A stretch of DNA of 32,000 nt from Candidatus Moranella endobia PCIT (GTDB lineage: Bacteria; Pseudomonadota; Gammaproteobacteria; Enterobacterales; Enterobacteriaceae), in NCBI RefSeq assembly GCF_000219175.1, contig NC_015735.1, forward strand, positions 60,001-92,000. The letters run 5' to 3'. Of the stretch, positions 7,233-21,107 are shown one piece after another. Numbering within the stretch: the first letter of the stretch is position 1; each line of letters opens with the position of its first letter. The notes below the pieces were generated by a model. The model was given only the letters and a program-made list of their open reading frames with translations, was not told the origin of the DNA and did not search any database. A program made the translations under genes and the position numbers.

Positions 7233-8693
7233 TCATAGCAAAGGCTGTGCCAACTGCACTAGCGTAATTAGTGGCTGAGGATATAACCCCAGAAGCAATA
7301 CTAACAGTGAGCATAGCAGTAACATAATACCACCTGCAGTTAGCGCCCAATTGGAATATGTATCTATTCTGCGGTTTTTCGGTGGAGATAGGTACAGTAT
7401 AACTACAATACGCAAGTAGTAAATCATTCCAATGATACTACCGACGATCATTGAACCGGTCAGCCAACCTAGATGACTTTTAACTCCTAGTACAATAATG
7501 TAGAACTTGTCGATAAAACCTAATGTCATTGGGATCCCCGCAAGCGATAACATCATCACCGTCAACACCGAAGACAAGAGCGGCTTATGCCAAAATAAAC
7601 CGCGGTAATAATATAACGAATCCACATCCTGGCCGGAGTATGGACTAGACCGCAGGCTAATAACGCCGAACGCCCCTAAGCTTGCTAACATGTACCCTAC
7701 CAGATATATTCCAACAGTTTCAAACGCCAGCTTATGGGACTGCAATGTCATTAACCCCACTAGTAAATAACCAAGATGGGTCACGGAAGCATAGCCAAGT
7801 ACCCGTTTAATATTATTTTTTTGGCTAAAGGCCATCATGTTGCCGCACAACATGGAAGCGAAAGCAATAACAGCTAACAAAAAACGTACCACTGCGTTAT
7901 TTGTCAACGGTGCGTATAGTAAGAAGCGCATAACAGAAGCAAAAATTGCAATTTTATTGGACGTTGCTAGGAAGATTGCAACTGGTGCGGGCGCGCCCTG
8001 ATAGACATCCGGCGTCCACAAGTGAAAAGGCACCAGTGACAGCTTAAAGCCCAGTCCAATGATCATCATGCCAAAACCTGTCAGCAGCATCGGCTGAGTC
8101 AGCATGCCATCATTGAGCGCTTGACCAATACCATTAAAAGAAAGTTGGCCGGTACTGACATATACTAGCGCCATCCCAAATAGCAGGAATGATGAAGCAG
8201 CCGAAGACAACAGCGCATATTTTATGCTGGCCTCCAGAGATTTTTTTTGTTTGAACGTGTATCCAACCATGCCGAATAATGGTATAGACATCAGTTCAGC
8301 ACCAAGGAATAACGTTGTAAGATGATTGGCGTAGGCAAGTAGGATACCGCCTATAGTCGCAATAAGTAATAGTAGATAAAACTCATCGCGGTTACCTGAA
8401 TACCCAGCAAGCCAAGCGTAAGCAAGAGTACTAGTCGCCAGGCTTACCATCAAAACAAGCCCCGTATAAAATATAGCAAAACCGTCGACACGAATCAGTG
8501 GCGTCACATCTAACGGGCCATTACGCACCACGTACCACAGAGATAGCATCGCCATGCTAAGCCCGAGCGTAGTCAGTATGACATTGATAAAGTGCTTGCG
8601 TCGCCAAGCAATGCATAACATCACCACTACTACCGTTAACCCAATGATTAACAGCGGTAATAATGCAATCAATTGTTGAACAGTTATGGTCAT
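7233..8693 (-). CDS. nuoN: NADH-quinone oxidoreductase subunit N
   Basis: [33 protein letters not shown] matches the E. coli NuoN N-terminus, so I chose the start at 8693. The track start at 8753 would overlap nuoM. The product is collinear through ..[17 protein letters not shown]. Confidence 0.95.
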   Translation of the reverse strand: MTITVQQLIALLPLLIIGLTVVVVMLCIAWRRKHFINVILTTLGLSMAMLSLWYVVRNGPLDVTPLIRVDGFAIFYTGLVLMVSLATSTLAYAWLAGYSGNRDEFYLLLLIATIGGILLAYANHLTTLFLGAELMSIPLFGMVGYTFKQKKSLEASIKYALLSSAASSFLLFGMALVYVSTGQLSFNGIGQALNDGMLTQPMLLTGFGMMIIGLGFKLSLVPFHLWTPDVYQGAPAPVAIFLATSNKIAIFASVMRFLLYAPLTNNAVVRFLLAVIAFASMLCGNMMAFSQKNNIKRVLGYASVTHLGYLLVGLMTLQSHKLAFETVGIYLVGYMLASLGAFGVISLRSSPYSGQDVDSLYYYRGLFWHKPLLSSVLTVMMLSLAGIPMTLGFIDKFYIIVLGVKSHLGWLTGSMIVGSIIGMIYYLRIVVILYLSPPKNRRIDTYSNWALTAGGIMLLLCSLLVLLLGLYPQPLITLVQLAQPLL

Positions 8694-8704
8694 AGCTAAT
8701 TTAA

Positions 8705-10237
8705 TTACAGCCTGTTCGTTGCCATAATGGAACAGGCATTGACGGCAAACCAATGTTGAAGATTACTAATTGTGGCAGCTGAGGTATCCATAATTGGCTG
8801 CGGGAATAATCCAAGCAGTACTAATAGTAAGACGAGTAACAACATAATCCACCGTTCAAGCAGTGTTATATCAGGTAACGGCTTGGTATATGTTACCGGA
8901 CCGTAGTACGTACGCTGTATCATAACAAGTGAGTAGATCGATGCAAATATTAGACCAAACGTTGCAATCAACGTAATTACAGGAACTATAGAAAAACTAC
9001 CGAATAAAATATTAATTTCACCAACAAAATTTCCTGTGCCTGGCATACCGAGCATTGCGACGGCGAAGAATAGCGAGAGTGCAGGAATTAAGCCAAGTCG
9101 ACCCCACAAACCGCCCATATGCCGCATATCTCTGGTATGTAGGCGCTCATACAGCTGGCCGCAAACAATAAACATGCCGGTTGCCGACAGACCGTGTGCA
9201 ATCATATGCACTACCGCACCCTGATAGGACAATTGGTTACCGTTGTATATGGCGATCAACATCAAGCCCATGTGGGACAAGCTAGTATAAGCCACGAAAC
9301 GCTTGATGTCGTTTTGCGCGAATGCTAGCCAGGCGCCGTAAAATATCCCCACTACACCCAGTAACATGGCAATGGGAGCGAACTGGTGCGAAGCGTGGGG
9401 AAATAATGGTATACTAAAACGCAACATACCGTAAGCTGCTGTTTTCAACACAATACCCGTCAAGTCTACAGAACCGGCAGTAGGAGCCTGACTGTGGGCG
9501 TCTGGTAACCAGCCGTGCAGAGGTACTACCGGCATTTTAACCGCGAAGGCTAAAAAGTAGCCTAGCATCAATAGATACTCTATTCGTTCCGACATGGGAG
9601 TACACAAAAGATCTTCATAATTAAAGGTCCAGACACCAGTAGCATTATAGTGCACCAACACCAGGCCAAGGATAGCTACCAACATGAACAAACCACTGGT
9701 CTGGGTATAGATAAAAAATTTAGTTACCGTAGTCATACGCGACTTACCACCGTAAGCGTGATGTCCCCATAGGTAGATGAGAAACCACATTGGTACCAAC
9801 ATCATTTCCCAGAAAAAAAAGAAGAGAAACATATCAATGGCCAGCAAAACGCCGATAACAGCACCCAAAATCCACAGCAAATTAAGATAGAAGACACCAT
9901 TTTCAAGCTGAATTTCCCGCCAGGAGCAGAGAATAGCTAACACCCCTAGCAAACCGGTCATTACTACCATCAGCAACGATAGGCCGTCCAAAGCAAGATG
10001 TATGCTGATCCCAAATCGTGGAACCCATGGGATAACATACTCCACCTGCCATTGCGGCAACCCTTGGGCTTTAGCCGGTATGTATCCTCCCAGCCGCCAT
10101 AACAGCACTGAAAGCATTAGTGTCAGCCCCATAGTAATCAAGGCAATCCACTGAGGTAGTCTGGTACCGAAACGCTCGCATTGCCAACATAGTAGCCCGC
10201 CGAGAAAGGGTAGAATAATTAGCCAAGGTAATAGCAT
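8705..10237 (-). CDS. nuoM: NADH-quinone oxidoreductase subunit M
   Basis: MLLPWLI..PF.GG.LCWQ.ERFG...[12 protein letters not shown]... and [33 protein letters not shown] match E. coli NuoM over the full length. Confidence 0.96.
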   Translation of the reverse strand: MLLPWLIILPFLGGLLCWQCERFGTRLPQWIALITMGLTLMLSVLLWRLGGYIPAKAQGLPQWQVEYVIPWVPRFGISIHLALDGLSLLMVVMTGLLGVLAILCSWREIQLENGVFYLNLLWILGAVIGVLLAIDMFLFFFFWEMMLVPMWFLIYLWGHHAYGGKSRMTTVTKFFIYTQTSGLFMLVAILGLVLVHYNATGVWTFNYEDLLCTPMSERIEYLLMLGYFLAFAVKMPVVPLHGWLPDAHSQAPTAGSVDLTGIVLKTAAYGMLRFSIPLFPHASHQFAPIAMLLGVVGIFYGAWLAFAQNDIKRFVAYTSLSHMGLMLIAIYNGNQLSYQGAVVHMIAHGLSATGMFIVCGQLYERLHTRDMRHMGGLWGRLGLIPALSLFFAVAMLGMPGTGNFVGEINILFGSFSIVPVITLIATFGLIFASIYSLVMIQRTYYGPVTYTKPLPDITLLERWIMLLLVLLLVLLGLFPQPIMDTSAATISNLQHWFAVNACSIMATNRL

Positions 10238-10343
10238 GGCGTTTTTTGTCCCTCATTATACAATTACTCGCTACGAGTATCGGCGGTTAAATAGTTTATA
10301 ACTACCGGCCGCTCTTAGCGGGAAGACGTAAAACGTGGGATAT

Positions 10344-12188
10344 TTAAACAACAACCAAAATACCCACAACGAACACAGTTCCTAAACACAACGATGTTAT
10401 ATACCAACGTAGCTGCCCATTTTCACTTACCGTCAGGCTATGTCCAATCCAGCGTGGCAGCCGAGCTGGAAAATTAATAATAGTTTCTAGCGGATCACGC
10501 GCCAGCCGCCGCACAATATTCATATAGGAGTTAACAAATATTCTATTATATAACTGATCGAATCCCCAGTGGTTATACCACCAGACGGTTAATAAACATC
10601 CTATTGAACTGGTGGCAAAGGTCTGTATAAGCCGGCTTTTACCGAGCCATAGGGCCATAGCCAGGTAAATACCGATGATAACAACAACGCTAGAAGCAAT
10701 TTTCATCGCCAAGTGACCTTCATGATCAAACTTGCTGGCTGGCAAGACTCCTGCTAATGGTGGCGTAATCCAGGCTACGATAAAGGTAGAACATACCATC
10801 AGTACCAACAGCGACATATGATGACTGATACTACTACAAGCTTGGGTATTGATCTTTGCCTCACCGTGAAATACGATAAATATCATGCGGAATGTATATA
10901 CTGAAGTTAAGAAGGCCCCAACCATACCAGCTAGCATTAGTAGACTATGGCCACTAGCTAACGTCCCCCATAGGATAGCATCCTTAGAGTAGAAGCTTGC
11001 AGTCACAATTGGCATCGCTGATAGCGCTGCACCACCTACCAAACAGCAAAGATAGACTAGCGGCATCGACTTTTTCAAACCCCCAATTTTGAAGATATTT
11101 TGCTCGTGGTGACAGGCAAGGATCACTGAACCTGAGGCTAAGAATAATAGTGACTTGAATAAAGCGTGGGTTATTAAGTGATGAATTGCCGCCTCCCATG
11201 CTTGCACACTAAGAGCGAGAAACATGTAACCTATTTGGCTCATGGTGGAATAGGCTAGTAAACGTTTGATATCTGTTTGCACTAAAGCGGCTAAACCTGC
11301 CAGCATAAGCGTGATCGCACCAATAATCCCCACTATGTACAACACCTCTGGCGCTAGTAAGAACAAGCCATGGGTACGAGCAATAAGATATACGCCAGCG
11401 TTCACCATGGTAGCAGCATGGATCAAAGCAGATCCCGGTGTCGGACCGGCCATGGCGTCCAGCAGCCAGTTTTGTAGAGGCAGCTGCGCTGATTTCCCTA
11501 CCGCACCGCAAAAGATCAGCAAAGTTGCCCACTTAATTGCTAAGGAGCCTTCCACCAGTTTTTTGGGTGCCAGTACCATAAGATCACTAAAATTTAGTGT
11601 TCCTAGCTGTTTATAAAGGATAAATAACGCGCAAGCTAGCAACAAATCGCCTATTCGCGTCATGATGAAAGCCTTCATCGCAGCGGTGCCATTTTTTGAT
11701 TCAGTGTAGTAGAAGCCGATCAGTAGATAGCTGCAAAGCCCAACAACTTCCCAACCTAGATACATCAGCAACAAGTTATCTGCAAGTACCAGTAACAGCA
11801 TGCTGGCGATAAATAAATTGGTATAGGCGAAAAAACGAGAATAACCATCTTCCCCACGCATGTACCAAGAGGCGTAAAGATGAATAAAAAAACCGATGCC
11901 AGTTACGACTGACTGGATCGTCAATGATAAACAGTCAAGACTAAGGGTGATGGAAATTGGTAAATTACCAACAGTAATCCAGTGCCATAGTGTTTGGGTA
12001 AAAACAGTTGTTCCTTCGCCAAACGTACTGTAAAAATTCCATCCCACCCAAACTGTAGCCAACGCCGATAGTCCAACGCTGCTAACACCAACTGTTGCCA
12101 CCATGTTTTCAGACCAGCGACCGCCAGAGAAAGCAAGTAGCAGGAAACCAACCAGGGGAAATAAGATGGTTAAATATAGTAGGTTCAT
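10344..12188 (-). CDS. nuoL: NADH-quinone oxidoreductase subunit L
   Basis: 614-aa multi-pass membrane ORF with an [20 protein letters not shown]-terminus and antiporter-like motifs (GWE.VGL.SYLLIGF). Its position between nuoK and nuoM fits, and its start overlaps the nuoK stop. Confidence 0.95.
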   Translation of the reverse strand: MNLLYLTILFPLVGFLLLAFSGGRWSENMVATVGVSSVGLSALATVWVGWNFYSTFGEGTTVFTQTLWHWITVGNLPISITLSLDCLSLTIQSVVTGIGFFIHLYASWYMRGEDGYSRFFAYTNLFIASMLLLVLADNLLLMYLGWEVVGLCSYLLIGFYYTESKNGTAAMKAFIMTRIGDLLLACALFILYKQLGTLNFSDLMVLAPKKLVEGSLAIKWATLLIFCGAVGKSAQLPLQNWLLDAMAGPTPGSALIHAATMVNAGVYLIARTHGLFLLAPEVLYIVGIIGAITLMLAGLAALVQTDIKRLLAYSTMSQIGYMFLALSVQAWEAAIHHLITHALFKSLLFLASGSVILACHHEQNIFKIGGLKKSMPLVYLCCLVGGAALSAMPIVTASFYSKDAILWGTLASGHSLLMLAGMVGAFLTSVYTFRMIFIVFHGEAKINTQACSSISHHMSLLVLMVCSTFIVAWITPPLAGVLPASKFDHEGHLAMKIASSVVVIIGIYLAMALWLGKSRLIQTFATSSIGCLLTVWWYNHWGFDQLYNRIFVNSYMNIVRRLARDPLETIINFPARLPRWIGHSLTVSENGQLRWYITSLCLGTVFVVGILVVV

Positions 12189-12484
12189 CCGTGCATCTCA
12201 CTAACTGTATCGATATCCAGGGTACGGTTGAGGTGCAATTGCAACAGCAGTGCTAGGCAGATGCTGGCCTCCACGGCAGCCAAGGTAACCACTAAAATAT
12301 ACATTATCTGACCGTCTGCCTGACCCAAATAGCTGCCGGCAACAATAAAAGCCAGTGCCGATGCGTTGATTGCTATTTCCAGACCCAAGAGCATAAATAG
12401 CAAATTACGACGAATAATCATGCCAGTCAGTCCGAGTACAAACAAAATAGCAGCCAGAATGAGACCGTGTGATAATGGGATCAT
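12185..12484 (-). CDS. nuoK: NADH-quinone oxidoreductase subunit K
   Basis: [55 protein letters not shown] is almost identical to E. coli NuoK. It has 4-nt overlaps with nuoJ and nuoL. Confidence 0.96.
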   Translation of the reverse strand: MIPLSHGLILAAILFVLGLTGMIIRRNLLFMLLGLEIAINASALAFIVAGSYLGQADGQIMYILVVTLAAVEASICLALLLQLHLNRTLDIDTVSEMHG

Positions 12485-13029
12485 ACTTGATCCTCCCCTT
12501 CGGTAATCTTGGTTACCTGGTATAGGGGCAAGTTACCTCGATCTTCGCGGCCCAGATGGAACGCAACTACCAGCCCAGCTAATAGCAACATGGAAGCAAG
12601 TTCCACAGCCAAAACATATGGACCGAATAGCTCAATGCTAACGGTTTTAGTCGTAATTAGTTCACCCAAGATGCCGTGATTGCCGGTGCCAGCCAGCGCA
12701 CGGACCAATATTGCAAGCTGCACCAGCGCCAAAATCGACGGTCCGAGCCAGAACTGAGGACGAAGCAGCAAGGCATATTTATTCTTTTCGTGACTGCCGC
12801 TTACATTAAGCATCATTACCACGAAGACAAACAATACCATTATAGCACCAGTATAAACGATAATTTCCATAGCTCCGGCGAGGTAGGCACCTAATGAGAA
12901 AAATACCCCAGCTATAGCCATTAGCGAAATAATTAAATACAAAAGAGCATGTACCGGCTGGGTATGAGTTATCACGCGTAAAGTAGCTAGCACCGCCACC
13001 AAGCCGGAAATATAAAATGCAAATTCCAT
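12481..13029 (-). CDS. nuoJ: NADH-quinone oxidoreductase subunit J
   Basis: [66 protein letters not shown] matches E. coli NuoJ. Confidence 0.95.
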   Translation of the reverse strand: MEFAFYISGLVAVLATLRVITHTQPVHALLYLIISLMAIAGVFFSLGAYLAGAMEIIVYTGAIMVLFVFVVMMLNVSGSHEKNKYALLLRPQFWLGPSILALVQLAILVRALAGTGNHGILGELITTKTVSIELFGPYVLAVELASMLLLAGLVVAFHLGREDRGNLPLYQVTKITEGEDQV

Positions 13030-13043
13030 GCCAGTATCTATCC

Positions 13044-13586
13044 TTAAGGTAGCAAGTTTTTTACGTCAATCGGTTTAGTCTCTTTTTCCGCCTCGCCTTT
13101 GTTTTTGCCAGTGATCGCAATACCAGTCATGCGGTAGAAATTGTATTCTGGATATTTACCAGGCCCCGAAATCAATAAATCGTCTTTTTCATACACTAGA
13201 TCCTGTCGCTTGAATTCACCCATCTCGAACTCTGGGGTTAGTTGAATAGCAGTGGTTGGACAAGCCTCTTCGCAAAGACCGCAGAAAATACAGCGGGAGA
13301 AGTTAATACGGAAGAATTGTGGGTACCAGCGACCGTTTGTGTTTTCTGCTTTTTGCAGCGATATACAGCCGACCGGGCAAGCAACCGCGCACAAGTTACA
13401 AGCAACGCAGCGCTCATCGCCGTTAGGATCACGTGTTAACACGATTCTACCACGGAAACGGGACGATGTATTTACTGGTACGTCCGGGTACATGCGCGTT
13501 TCACGTTTATTAAAAGCTTGCATTCCAATCATCCAGATGCTACGCAGAGTGGTCCCACAGCCAATCACTAAATCTTTTAATTTCAT
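13044..13586 (-). CDS. nuoI: NADH-quinone oxidoreductase subunit I (2x[4Fe-4S] ferredoxin-type)
   Basis: 180 aa, as in E. coli NuoI. Both CxxCxxCxxxCP motifs are present ([24 protein letters not shown]). Confidence 0.97.
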   Translation of the reverse strand: MKLKDLVIGCGTTLRSIWMIGMQAFNKRETRMYPDVPVNTSSRFRGRIVLTRDPNGDERCVACNLCAVACPVGCISLQKAENTNGRWYPQFFRINFSRCIFCGLCEEACPTTAIQLTPEFEMGEFKRQDLVYEKDDLLISGPGKYPEYNFYRMTGIAITGKNKGEAEKETKPIDVKNLLP

Positions 13587-13604
13587 TATTACTCTAACCC
13601 TTAA

Positions 13605-14546
13605 TTAAGGCGTATTATACAAGATGATCGCTGCGGTCGCTAACAGGTTAAGTAGCGTCAGCGGTAGACATATTTTCCAGCCTAGTACCATCACCTGGTC
13701 GTAGCGTGGACGGGGTAAAGCCGCGCGTATCAGGGTAAACATCACCATAAAGAACATGGTTTTTACAACGAACCAGAGAAATGGTGGTAACCAAGATCCC
13801 TGCCAACCACCAAAGAACAGCGTCACCATCAGTGACGAAATAGTGACGATACTGATATATTCGCCGATGAAGAACATGCCAAACTTCATCCCAGAGTATT
13901 CGGTGTGGTAACCAGCAACCAGCTCTTGCTCTGCTTCCGGCTGATCAAATGGATGTCGATGACATACAGCGATACTAGCCAAAGAAAAAGTTATAAAACC
14001 ACAGAATTGCGGTACCACGTTCCACAGGTGCGACTGCGCATTAACGATATCACCCAGATTGAAAGAACCAGTCTGCGCTACCACGCCCATCATAGACAGA
14101 CCAAGGAATACTTCATAGCTTAGCGTTTGCACTGAGGCGCGCATAGCCCCTAACAGGGAATATTTGTTATTGCTCGACCAGCCGGCAAATAGCACAGCAT
14201 AAACTGCTAGCCCAGCCATCATCAAAAAGAATAGTATGCCGATATTGAAATCGGCCACTACCACGGTTGGACTAATTGGCACAATAGCAAAGGTAATTAG
14301 CATTGATGTAAAAGCGATAACTGGTGCTAATATAAAAATAACACGGTCGGCGAACGGAGGTATCCAGTCCTCTTTAAAAATGATCTTCAATACATCGGCT
14401 AACAGCTGTAACGAACCTCCCCACCCAACGCGATTAGGGCCATAGCGATTTTGAAATAAACCTAACAGACGCCTTTCGATAAAGCTCATGTAGGTACCAC
14501 AGGTTACTACCGTAAGTAGAATGAATACTACCTTTATCCAACTCAT
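13605..14546 (-). CDS. nuoH: NADH-quinone oxidoreductase subunit H
   Basis: [35 protein letters not shown] and [31 protein letters not shown] match E. coli NuoH. The N-terminus is about 12 residues shorter than in E. coli. The start overlaps the nuoG stop by 4 nt. Confidence 0.95.
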   Translation of the reverse strand: MSWIKVVFILLTVVTCGTYMSFIERRLLGLFQNRYGPNRVGWGGSLQLLADVLKIIFKEDWIPPFADRVIFILAPVIAFTSMLITFAIVPISPTVVVADFNIGILFFLMMAGLAVYAVLFAGWSSNNKYSLLGAMRASVQTLSYEVFLGLSMMGVVAQTGSFNLGDIVNAQSHLWNVVPQFCGFITFSLASIAVCHRHPFDQPEAEQELVAGYHTEYSGMKFGMFFIGEYISIVTISSLMVTLFFGGWQGSWLPPFLWFVVKTMFFMVMFTLIRAALPRPRYDQVMVLGWKICLPLTLLNLLATAAIILYNTP

Positions 14547-17275
14547 AGTGTAGCAACCCGCAGATCAAAAACGTGCTGTCCTGCAAGGATCGGTGGAATA
14601 CCAGGCAATCCCAGCGGTAAACCAATTTGACCCTGACTTAGGTGATTGCTAAACCGTACCGGGAGACGTAATTCTAGACCATCACAGGTGAATGCAAGTA
14701 ACGTACCACTGTCAACACCTATTTTAGCAGCGTCATCTGGGTTCAACATAACATATGGTATTGGCATCCGTTCCTGGATCACAGGAGAATGCTGCGAAGT
14801 CTCATCACTGCCGAATAGGTGCCAATAGGGAGCAATCAGCCAACTACCGTCCTCGGCCTGAGTGAAAGCGTCCGGAATATTACTGAAGTAGTCCAGCAGT
14901 ACCTCACCAGCTTCAAAAAGCCTCACTCCCGGGTCACCGTGGCATAAATGACCGCCTACTTCATTCTGAAATTTGTTCCAGGCCTGTGGTGAGTTCCAGC
15001 CAGGTGCCCAAGCAAAAGCCACATGTTGGCGGGGCGCTTTAGTTGCATTGTTACCCTCCATGGAGAAGGAAAACATGGTATCATGATCCTGTGGTGCGCG
15101 CTGTTCATGCACATTAATATTGGCCAGCATAGCAGTTCGTCCGCTGTAGCAGTGTGGCGCCCGCGCAAGTTTCTGGCCATGAATGCGAAAGCTAGCTTCC
15201 GGTGCAGCGGACTTGATCCCAGCCAGTTGTGGTAGTGCCTTTGCCGCTGCATCGATAATATGGTCCAGCTGCGTCCAGTCAAGCTGGTGGCGGTTTAGAT
15301 AAGCCGATTGCAGCGAATGTAGCCAGCGCCAACTTTCCCGTATGATTACTTTATCATCATAGTATGAAGGATCATAAACCTGAAAGAAGCGCTGCGCGCG
15401 ACCTTCCTGATTAATTAGTGTACCGTCACTTTCGGCAAAGCTAGCCGCAGACAGGATAAGATGTGCCTTATCGTGTAGTGCAGTATATTGGTGATCCAAC
15501 ACAATAAGGTTATTAACTTTGGCTAACGCCGCTTCGATGCTCGCAGCTGGCGCATGGCGATAAAGATCATTTTCCAGCACGATAACACTATCCGCTGCAC
15601 CCTGCTCCAGGGCATTTAGAGCATCATCCAGTCTACCACCTTCCATCATTGCTAGACCCATGCTGTTGGCGCTAGCGGCGATAAAGCTAATACCAACATC
15701 TTTACCAATACTTCTCAAGGCGCGGGCAACATTAGCGGAAGCGGCGATCACCGCTTCGCTTCCAGCATGGCTACCAGAGATAATCAGCGGCTTGCGTGCG
15801 CTGGCTAGCGCCAGCACCACCAAGTTTATTTTGCGCTTGAGCCATGCATTCAAGCCAGTTACAGCAGGCGCCGTTTCGTCCAGCGCATGAGCGATAGCAA
15901 AACCAAACCGCGCCTGATCATCCACCGGAGCGCAATAGCTCCAGGTAGCAATATCATCCAGGCTAGTTTTGTCAACATTAGTAACAAACAGCGGATGCTT
16001 AGCATTTTGGCCGATATTACTGATGGCGGCTATCTGCCAATCTGCAAATTTTTGAGCTGCGGCCATTTCCCTTGCCTTGCCTTTCACGGCCTGACGTACC
16101 GCCAGTGCGGCGCGCGCTCCTGTTTGAGTCAAGTCCTCCCCAAGCACAAGTACCGCATCGTAATTTTCTATTTCACGTAATGATGGTGTGCGGATGCCGC
16201 CATAGCGCAAAACATTAATTATCAGTTCCAACTGGTTGTGTTCACCGCCTGCTACACCATTATAGAAATTCTCTGGACCTACTAGTTCGCGCAGAGCGAA
16301 ATTGCTTTCGATACTTGCTCGTGCAGAGCCGATCCCTATGATTTTGCTTGCCTGGCGCAGCGCAGCAGCGGCGCTATGCATTGCCTGGTTGGCGTTGAGC
16401 GCAATCCAGGTGTCGCCGCGCCGCTGCAGTGGTTGACGTGGACGTTTTGTTAGATTGACGTAGCCGTAGCCGAAACGTCCGCGATCACACAGAAAATAAT
16501 GGTTGACGCTGCCATTATAGCGGTTTTCAATTCGTCGCAGTTCTCCATATCGTTCACCAGGGCTGGTGTTACAGCCAATACTACACTGTTGACATATGCT
16601 GGGGGCAAACTGCATATCCCATTTACGGTTATAGCGCTCAGAATGAGTTTTGTCGGTAAAAACTCCTGTCGGGCAGATTTCCACCAGATTACCAGAGAAC
16701 TCACTCTCCAGCACTCCTTCATGAGGACGGCCGAAATAAACATTGTCATGGACACCATACACGCCAAAATCGACGCCGTCGGCGTAATCCTTATAGTAGC
16801 GGACGCAGCGGTAGCAAGTGATACAACGGTTCATGTCATGGGAAATAAACGGTCCCAAATACTGATTGCGATGGGTGTGCTTAGTAAAGCGGTAGCGACG
16901 AAAATTATGCCCGGTCATAACCGTCATATCCTGCAAGTGGCAGTTACCACCCTCTGCACAAACGGGACAATCATGCGGATGATTAATCATTAACAACTCT
17001 ACTACCATTTTGCGGAACTGTTGTGCTTCATCATCAAAGATAGAAATAACAAGACCATCAGTGGCTGGAACCATACAGGACATTACCAATTTGCCCCTAG
17101 TATCATCGGAGTTTTGGTATTGCTTGACAGCGCACTGTCGACAAGAACCGACGCTACCAAGCGCAGGATGCCAGCAAAAGTAAGGAATATCGAGACCTAG
17201 AGATAGACAAGTTGCCAATAAATTATCAGATTCGTTAACCGCGTATTCTTTACCATCTACATTAATGGTAGCCAT
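14543..17275 (-). CDS. nuoG: NADH-quinone oxidoreductase subunit G
   Basis: [61 protein letters not shown] matches the E. coli NuoG N-terminus, so I chose the ATG at 17275. The track's 17308 adds 11 residues. The product is collinear for about 900 aa. No clear SD precedes either start. Confidence 0.93.
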   Translation of the reverse strand: MATINVDGKEYAVNESDNLLATCLSLGLDIPYFCWHPALGSVGSCRQCAVKQYQNSDDTRGKLVMSCMVPATDGLVISIFDDEAQQFRKMVVELLMINHPHDCPVCAEGGNCHLQDMTVMTGHNFRRYRFTKHTHRNQYLGPFISHDMNRCITCYRCVRYYKDYADGVDFGVYGVHDNVYFGRPHEGVLESEFSGNLVEICPTGVFTDKTHSERYNRKWDMQFAPSICQQCSIGCNTSPGERYGELRRIENRYNGSVNHYFLCDRGRFGYGYVNLTKRPRQPLQRRGDTWIALNANQAMHSAAAALRQASKIIGIGSARASIESNFALRELVGPENFYNGVAGGEHNQLELIINVLRYGGIRTPSLREIENYDAVLVLGEDLTQTGARAALAVRQAVKGKAREMAAAQKFADWQIAAISNIGQNAKHPLFVTNVDKTSLDDIATWSYCAPVDDQARFGFAIAHALDETAPAVTGLNAWLKRKINLVVLALASARKPLIISGSHAGSEAVIAASANVARALRSIGKDVGISFIAASANSMGLAMMEGGRLDDALNALEQGAADSVIVLENDLYRHAPAASIEAALAKVNNLIVLDHQYTALHDKAHLILSAASFAESDGTLINQEGRAQRFFQVYDPSYYDDKVIIRESWRWLHSLQSAYLNRHQLDWTQLDHIIDAAAKALPQLAGIKSAAPEASFRIHGQKLARAPHCYSGRTAMLANINVHEQRAPQDHDTMFSFSMEGNNATKAPRQHVAFAWAPGWNSPQAWNKFQNEVGGHLCHGDPGVRLFEAGEVLLDYFSNIPDAFTQAEDGSWLIAPYWHLFGSDETSQHSPVIQERMPIPYVMLNPDDAAKIGVDSGTLLAFTCDGLELRLPVRFSNHLSQGQIGLPLGLPGIPPILAGQHVFDLRVATL

Positions 17276-17381
17276 AATAAGCATGCTCAGGTGAGATCCA
17301 CTCATCAAAGTGGGCGTTAATTAAAAATGTGCTAAGAGGGGGCAGCAAAGCACTTGCTCTATCTTGCTAGATCTGCCCGAT

Positions 17382-18731
17382 TTACCAACGCAATTGTAAT
17401 AGATTAGGCTGAACGCCAGCGATGGCGCGGACATTATTAAATAAATCGGTTCTGATGCCAGCTTCAAATTCGGCGCGAAAATATTTAAGCGCGCTTTGCA
17501 GCGGCTCAACTGCTCCAGTAGCATGGGCGCAAAAAACTTTGCCAGGACCAAGGAAGCGGCATAGCTGATCAATAGTTTCAATATCGCCCGGCTGACCGTG
17601 ACCGTTTTCTAGAGCACGTAGCAGTTGGACAATCCAAGGCAGTCCATTTCGGCATGGCGTACACCAACCGCAAGATTCACGAGCGAAAAACTCTTCAAGA
17701 TTGCGTGTTAATGAAACCATGTTTATTTTATTGTCCACAGCTATTGCCAACGCGGTACCGAGCCTACTACCAGCCTTTAAGATGTGCTCAAAGTCCATCG
17801 GTAGATCCAAATAATCCGGTGGAAGAAAGTCGGTTCCGGCACCACCTGGCTGCCATGCTTTCAAGGTCAATCCATTGTGCATGCCACCGGCGTAATCCTC
17901 TAGGAGCTCGCGCGCGGTAATGCCAAATGGCAGCTCCCAGACGCCAGGATTTTTTACTCGTCCAGAGAAACCCATCAACTTAGTACCAGAGTCGATGCTA
18001 TTACTGGAGGAAAGACCTTGATACCAGTCAACTCCATGCTCTAAAATTGCGGGCAAATTACATAAGGTTTCGACGTTATTAATACAGGTTGGTTTGCCCC
18101 AAGCACCGGCGCTAGTGGGAAATGGTGGTTTGGAGCGTGGATTAGCACGCCGTCCTTCCAGCGAATTAATGAGCGCTGTTTCTTCGCCGCAGATATAGCG
18201 ACCAGCACCAGTGTGGATGAGTAGTTCTAAATCAAAACCGCTACCCAGAATATTTTTGCCTAACAAGCCTGCATCTGTTGCCTCGGCAATCGCGCGACGC
18301 AAATGCACGGCTGCTGCAATATACTCACCGCGCAGAAAAATATAGCCACGGTATGTTCTGAGAGCAAAGGAGGCTATCAACATACCCTCTACTAACAGGT
18401 GAGGCAACTGTTCCATGAGTAGACGGTCTTTATAAGTACCAGGTTCCATTTCATCAGCATTGCACAGCAAATAACGAATGTTAATGGCTGGATCTTGTGG
18501 CATTAGGCTCCACTTCAAACCAGTGGGAAAACCAGCACCGCCGCGTCCTTTCAAGCCTGAATCTTTCACAATTTTTATGATATTGTCCTGCGCAAGACTA
18601 CTCAGTGCCTTGCGCGCACCAAAATAACCATTTTTACTTTGATATTCTTCTAACCACACCGGCTGCTGATCATCACGAAGCCGCCAGGTTAACGGGTGTG
18701 TTTCTGCTAAGTTAACAATAGGTTTGTTCAT
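17382..18731 (-). CDS. nuoF: NADH-quinone oxidoreductase subunit F (NADH/FMN-binding)
   Basis: [46 protein letters not shown] and [14 protein letters not shown] are collinear with E. coli NuoF. Confidence 0.97.
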   Translation of the reverse strand: MNKPIVNLAETHPLTWRLRDDQQPVWLEEYQSKNGYFGARKALSSLAQDNIIKIVKDSGLKGRGGAGFPTGLKWSLMPQDPAINIRYLLCNADEMEPGTYKDRLLMEQLPHLLVEGMLIASFALRTYRGYIFLRGEYIAAAVHLRRAIAEATDAGLLGKNILGSGFDLELLIHTGAGRYICGEETALINSLEGRRANPRSKPPFPTSAGAWGKPTCINNVETLCNLPAILEHGVDWYQGLSSSNSIDSGTKLMGFSGRVKNPGVWELPFGITARELLEDYAGGMHNGLTLKAWQPGGAGTDFLPPDYLDLPMDFEHILKAGSRLGTALAIAVDNKINMVSLTRNLEEFFARESCGWCTPCRNGLPWIVQLLRALENGHGQPGDIETIDQLCRFLGPGKVFCAHATGAVEPLQSALKYFRAEFEAGIRTDLFNNVRAIAGVQPNLLQLRW

Positions 18732-19252
18732 CGATATTGCTCAAGCAGAGAGCCAAGACATTCCGGCGTCAGATGTACGTGGGTATCTTCATTCACAAGC
18801 ATAGTTGGACCCTTGTCGCAATTACCTAAACAACAGATTGGCAGCAGTGTGAACTTACCGTCAGAAGTTGTCTGACCAGGCTTAATATTCAATAACTGCT
18901 CAAGAGCAGCTTGAATTGCCTGATAACCATTAATATAGCAGACGACACTATCGCAATACCGGATAACGTGGCGGCCGACCGGCTGACGGAAAATCTGACT
19001 ATAGAAAGTTGCTACATCTTCAACATCACTGCCGGAAATGCCTAGCAATTTGGCAATGGCAAATATCGCCCCATCTGGTACCCAGCCGCGATTTTTCTGA
19101 ACAATTTTAAGCGCTTCTATCGAAGCGGCGCGCGCATCTTCGTAATTTTGCTTTTCATGCTCAATTGCTTCTTGCTCATCGCTACTAAGCTCGAATATTT
19201 CGGTTGAGATGTCTAGCTCTACTGCCGCATGCTTTGGAATATGTTGTTGCAT
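18728..19252 (-). CDS. nuoE: NADH-quinone oxidoreductase subunit E
   Basis: AIEHE...[98 protein letters not shown] matches E. coli NuoE. Confidence 0.96.
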   Translation of the reverse strand: MQQHIPKHAAVELDISTEIFELSSDEQEAIEHEKQNYEDARAASIEALKIVQKNRGWVPDGAIFAIAKLLGISGSDVEDVATFYSQIFRQPVGRHVIRYCDSVVCYINGYQAIQAALEQLLNIKPGQTTSDGKFTLLPICCLGNCDKGPTMLVNEDTHVHLTPECLGSLLEQYR

Positions 19253-19257
19253 AATCT

Positions 19258-21048
19258 TTATCGGTCCACATCAGACATCACAAAATCAATACTGCCTAGA
19301 TATGCGATCAAATCAGACAATAGACTACCGCGTATTACCGAGGGAATCTGTTGTAAATGAGGAAAACTAGGGGTACGAATGCGTGTCCGGTAACTCATCG
19401 TGTTACCATCACTGGTTAAATAATAACTATTGATGCCCTTGGTGGCTTCAATCATTTGAAATGATTCATTAGCTGGCATCACTGGTCCCCAGGAAACCTG
19501 GAGAAAGTGCGTAATCAAAGTTTCTATGTGTTGCAACGTGCGCTCCTTTGGTGGCGGAGTTGTTAGCGGATGGTCTGCCTTGAATGGCCCCATCGGCATA
19601 TTGTTCAGACACTGTTCAAGAATACGTAGACTTTGGCGTATCTCTTCCAACTTCAGCATAACACGACTGTAGCAGTCGCTTATGCCATTGCCAATTGGTA
19701 CTTCGAAGTCAAAATGTTCATAACCGGAATAAGGGCGCCATTTTCGCACGTCGAAATTGATACCAGTCGCGCGTAGCGCCGCGCCAGTAACCGCCCATTC
19801 TAACGCTTCTTTTGCGCCGTAGGCGGCAACGCCCTCTGTACGAGCACGTAGAACACTGTTCCTCAAAGCTACTTTGACATAGTTATCCAAACGTTTTGGC
19901 AGCCAGTCAAGACATTCACGCAGCAGAACTTCCCAACCACGCGGCAGATCTTGCGCTACACCACCGATACGAAACCAGGCTGGATGCATACGAAAACCAG
20001 TAATCGCCTCGACGACATCATAAATTTTTTGACGATCTGTAAACATCAGAAATACTGGCGTCATACCACCTATGTCCTGAATATAGGTACTAATATACAG
20101 AAGATGGCTATTGATGCGGAATAGCTCAGATAGCATCACCCGTATTACGTTAACGCGTTCTGGTACTACGATACCAGCTAACTTTTCTACTGCAAGTACG
20201 TACGGCATTTCATTGACGCAACCACCTAGATATTCGACACGGTCAGTATAGGGAATATAGCTATGCCAGGATTGTCGCTCACCCATCTTTTCGGCACCGC
20301 GGTGGTGATAACCAATATCTGGCACACAATCAACAATTTCTTCGCCGTTAAGCTGCAAAATGATGCGGAAGGCGCCGTGGGATGAAGGGTGATTTGGCCC
20401 AAAATTGAGGAACATACATTCCTCGTTACCATTGCTGCGCTTCATGCCCCAATCTTCAGGCTTGAAAATTAGCCCTTCCATCTCCAAATCTGCTTGTTGC
20501 TTAGTGAGAATAAAGGGATCAAATTCAGTAGCGCGTGCCGGGTAATCTTTACGAAGTGGATGTCCAGTCCAGTTTTTCGGCATTATGATGCGTGTTAGGT
20601 GCGGATGGCCTTCAAATGTTACGCCAAACATGTCCCAGGTTTCGCGCTCATACCAGTTAGCATTAGGGAAAATATTGGTGCAGGTTGGTAGACGCAAATC
20701 TTTTTCCATTAGCGCTACCTTTAACATAATATCGCTATTACGTTCAATAGAAATCAAATGATAAAAAATAGTAAAATCTGCTGCTGGTAAGCCATTCCTG
20801 TGGGTACGCAGGCGCTCGTCTACCCCATGCAAGTCATATAGCATAACATATGGTTGCGGTAATGTTTTCAACAAAAGCATTATACAAATGATTTGCTCAC
20901 GCTTAACCCAAACTACTGGAATACCGGTACGAGTAGGTTGCATACTGATCAAACCAGAACCGAAATGTTTATGCAACTCGCCAAATACTGGATCATCTTT
21001 ATGATCCGGTATTTGGTAGTCTGAATTATGCCTTATCGATGCTATCAT
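19258..21048 (-). CDS. nuoC: NADH-quinone oxidoreductase fused subunit C/D
   Basis: 596 aa, the fused NuoCD architecture of Enterobacterales. Long identical runs to E. coli include [86 protein letters not shown] and the C-terminal [14 protein letters not shown]. Confidence 0.97.
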   Translation of the reverse strand: MIASIRHNSDYQIPDHKDDPVFGELHKHFGSGLISMQPTRTGIPVVWVKREQIICIMLLLKTLPQPYVMLYDLHGVDERLRTHRNGLPAADFTIFYHLISIERNSDIMLKVALMEKDLRLPTCTNIFPNANWYERETWDMFGVTFEGHPHLTRIIMPKNWTGHPLRKDYPARATEFDPFILTKQQADLEMEGLIFKPEDWGMKRSNGNEECMFLNFGPNHPSSHGAFRIILQLNGEEIVDCVPDIGYHHRGAEKMGERQSWHSYIPYTDRVEYLGGCVNEMPYVLAVEKLAGIVVPERVNVIRVMLSELFRINSHLLYISTYIQDIGGMTPVFLMFTDRQKIYDVVEAITGFRMHPAWFRIGGVAQDLPRGWEVLLRECLDWLPKRLDNYVKVALRNSVLRARTEGVAAYGAKEALEWAVTGAALRATGINFDVRKWRPYSGYEHFDFEVPIGNGISDCYSRVMLKLEEIRQSLRILEQCLNNMPMGPFKADHPLTTPPPKERTLQHIETLITHFLQVSWGPVMPANESFQMIEATKGINSYYLTSDGNTMSYRTRIRTPSFPHLQQIPSVIRGSLLSDLIAYLGSIDFVMSDVDR

Positions 21049-21107
21049 AATTACTGTTATATTTAATTTATCTAGTAGTAGCTAAAGCTAACATACGTAT
21101 CCGCAAA

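Noticed and set aside
13252-13608. 118-aa + strand ORF (and neighbours 13238..13432 and 13242..13439) overlapping nuoI
   Set aside because: It lies entirely inside, and antisense or out of frame to, a strongly conserved nuoI. There is no SD and no recognisable family. Such shadow ORFs are expected in moderately GC-rich coding DNA.
16499-16993. 164-aa + strand ORF, plus other ORFs of 60-108 aa (14646..14828, 14956..15282, 15023..15235, 15660..16180, 16450..16767), inside nuoG
   Set aside because: All are embedded in the full-length, E. coli-collinear nuoG. Their compositions are low-complexity (Ala/Ser/Arg-rich), as is typical of antisense frames.
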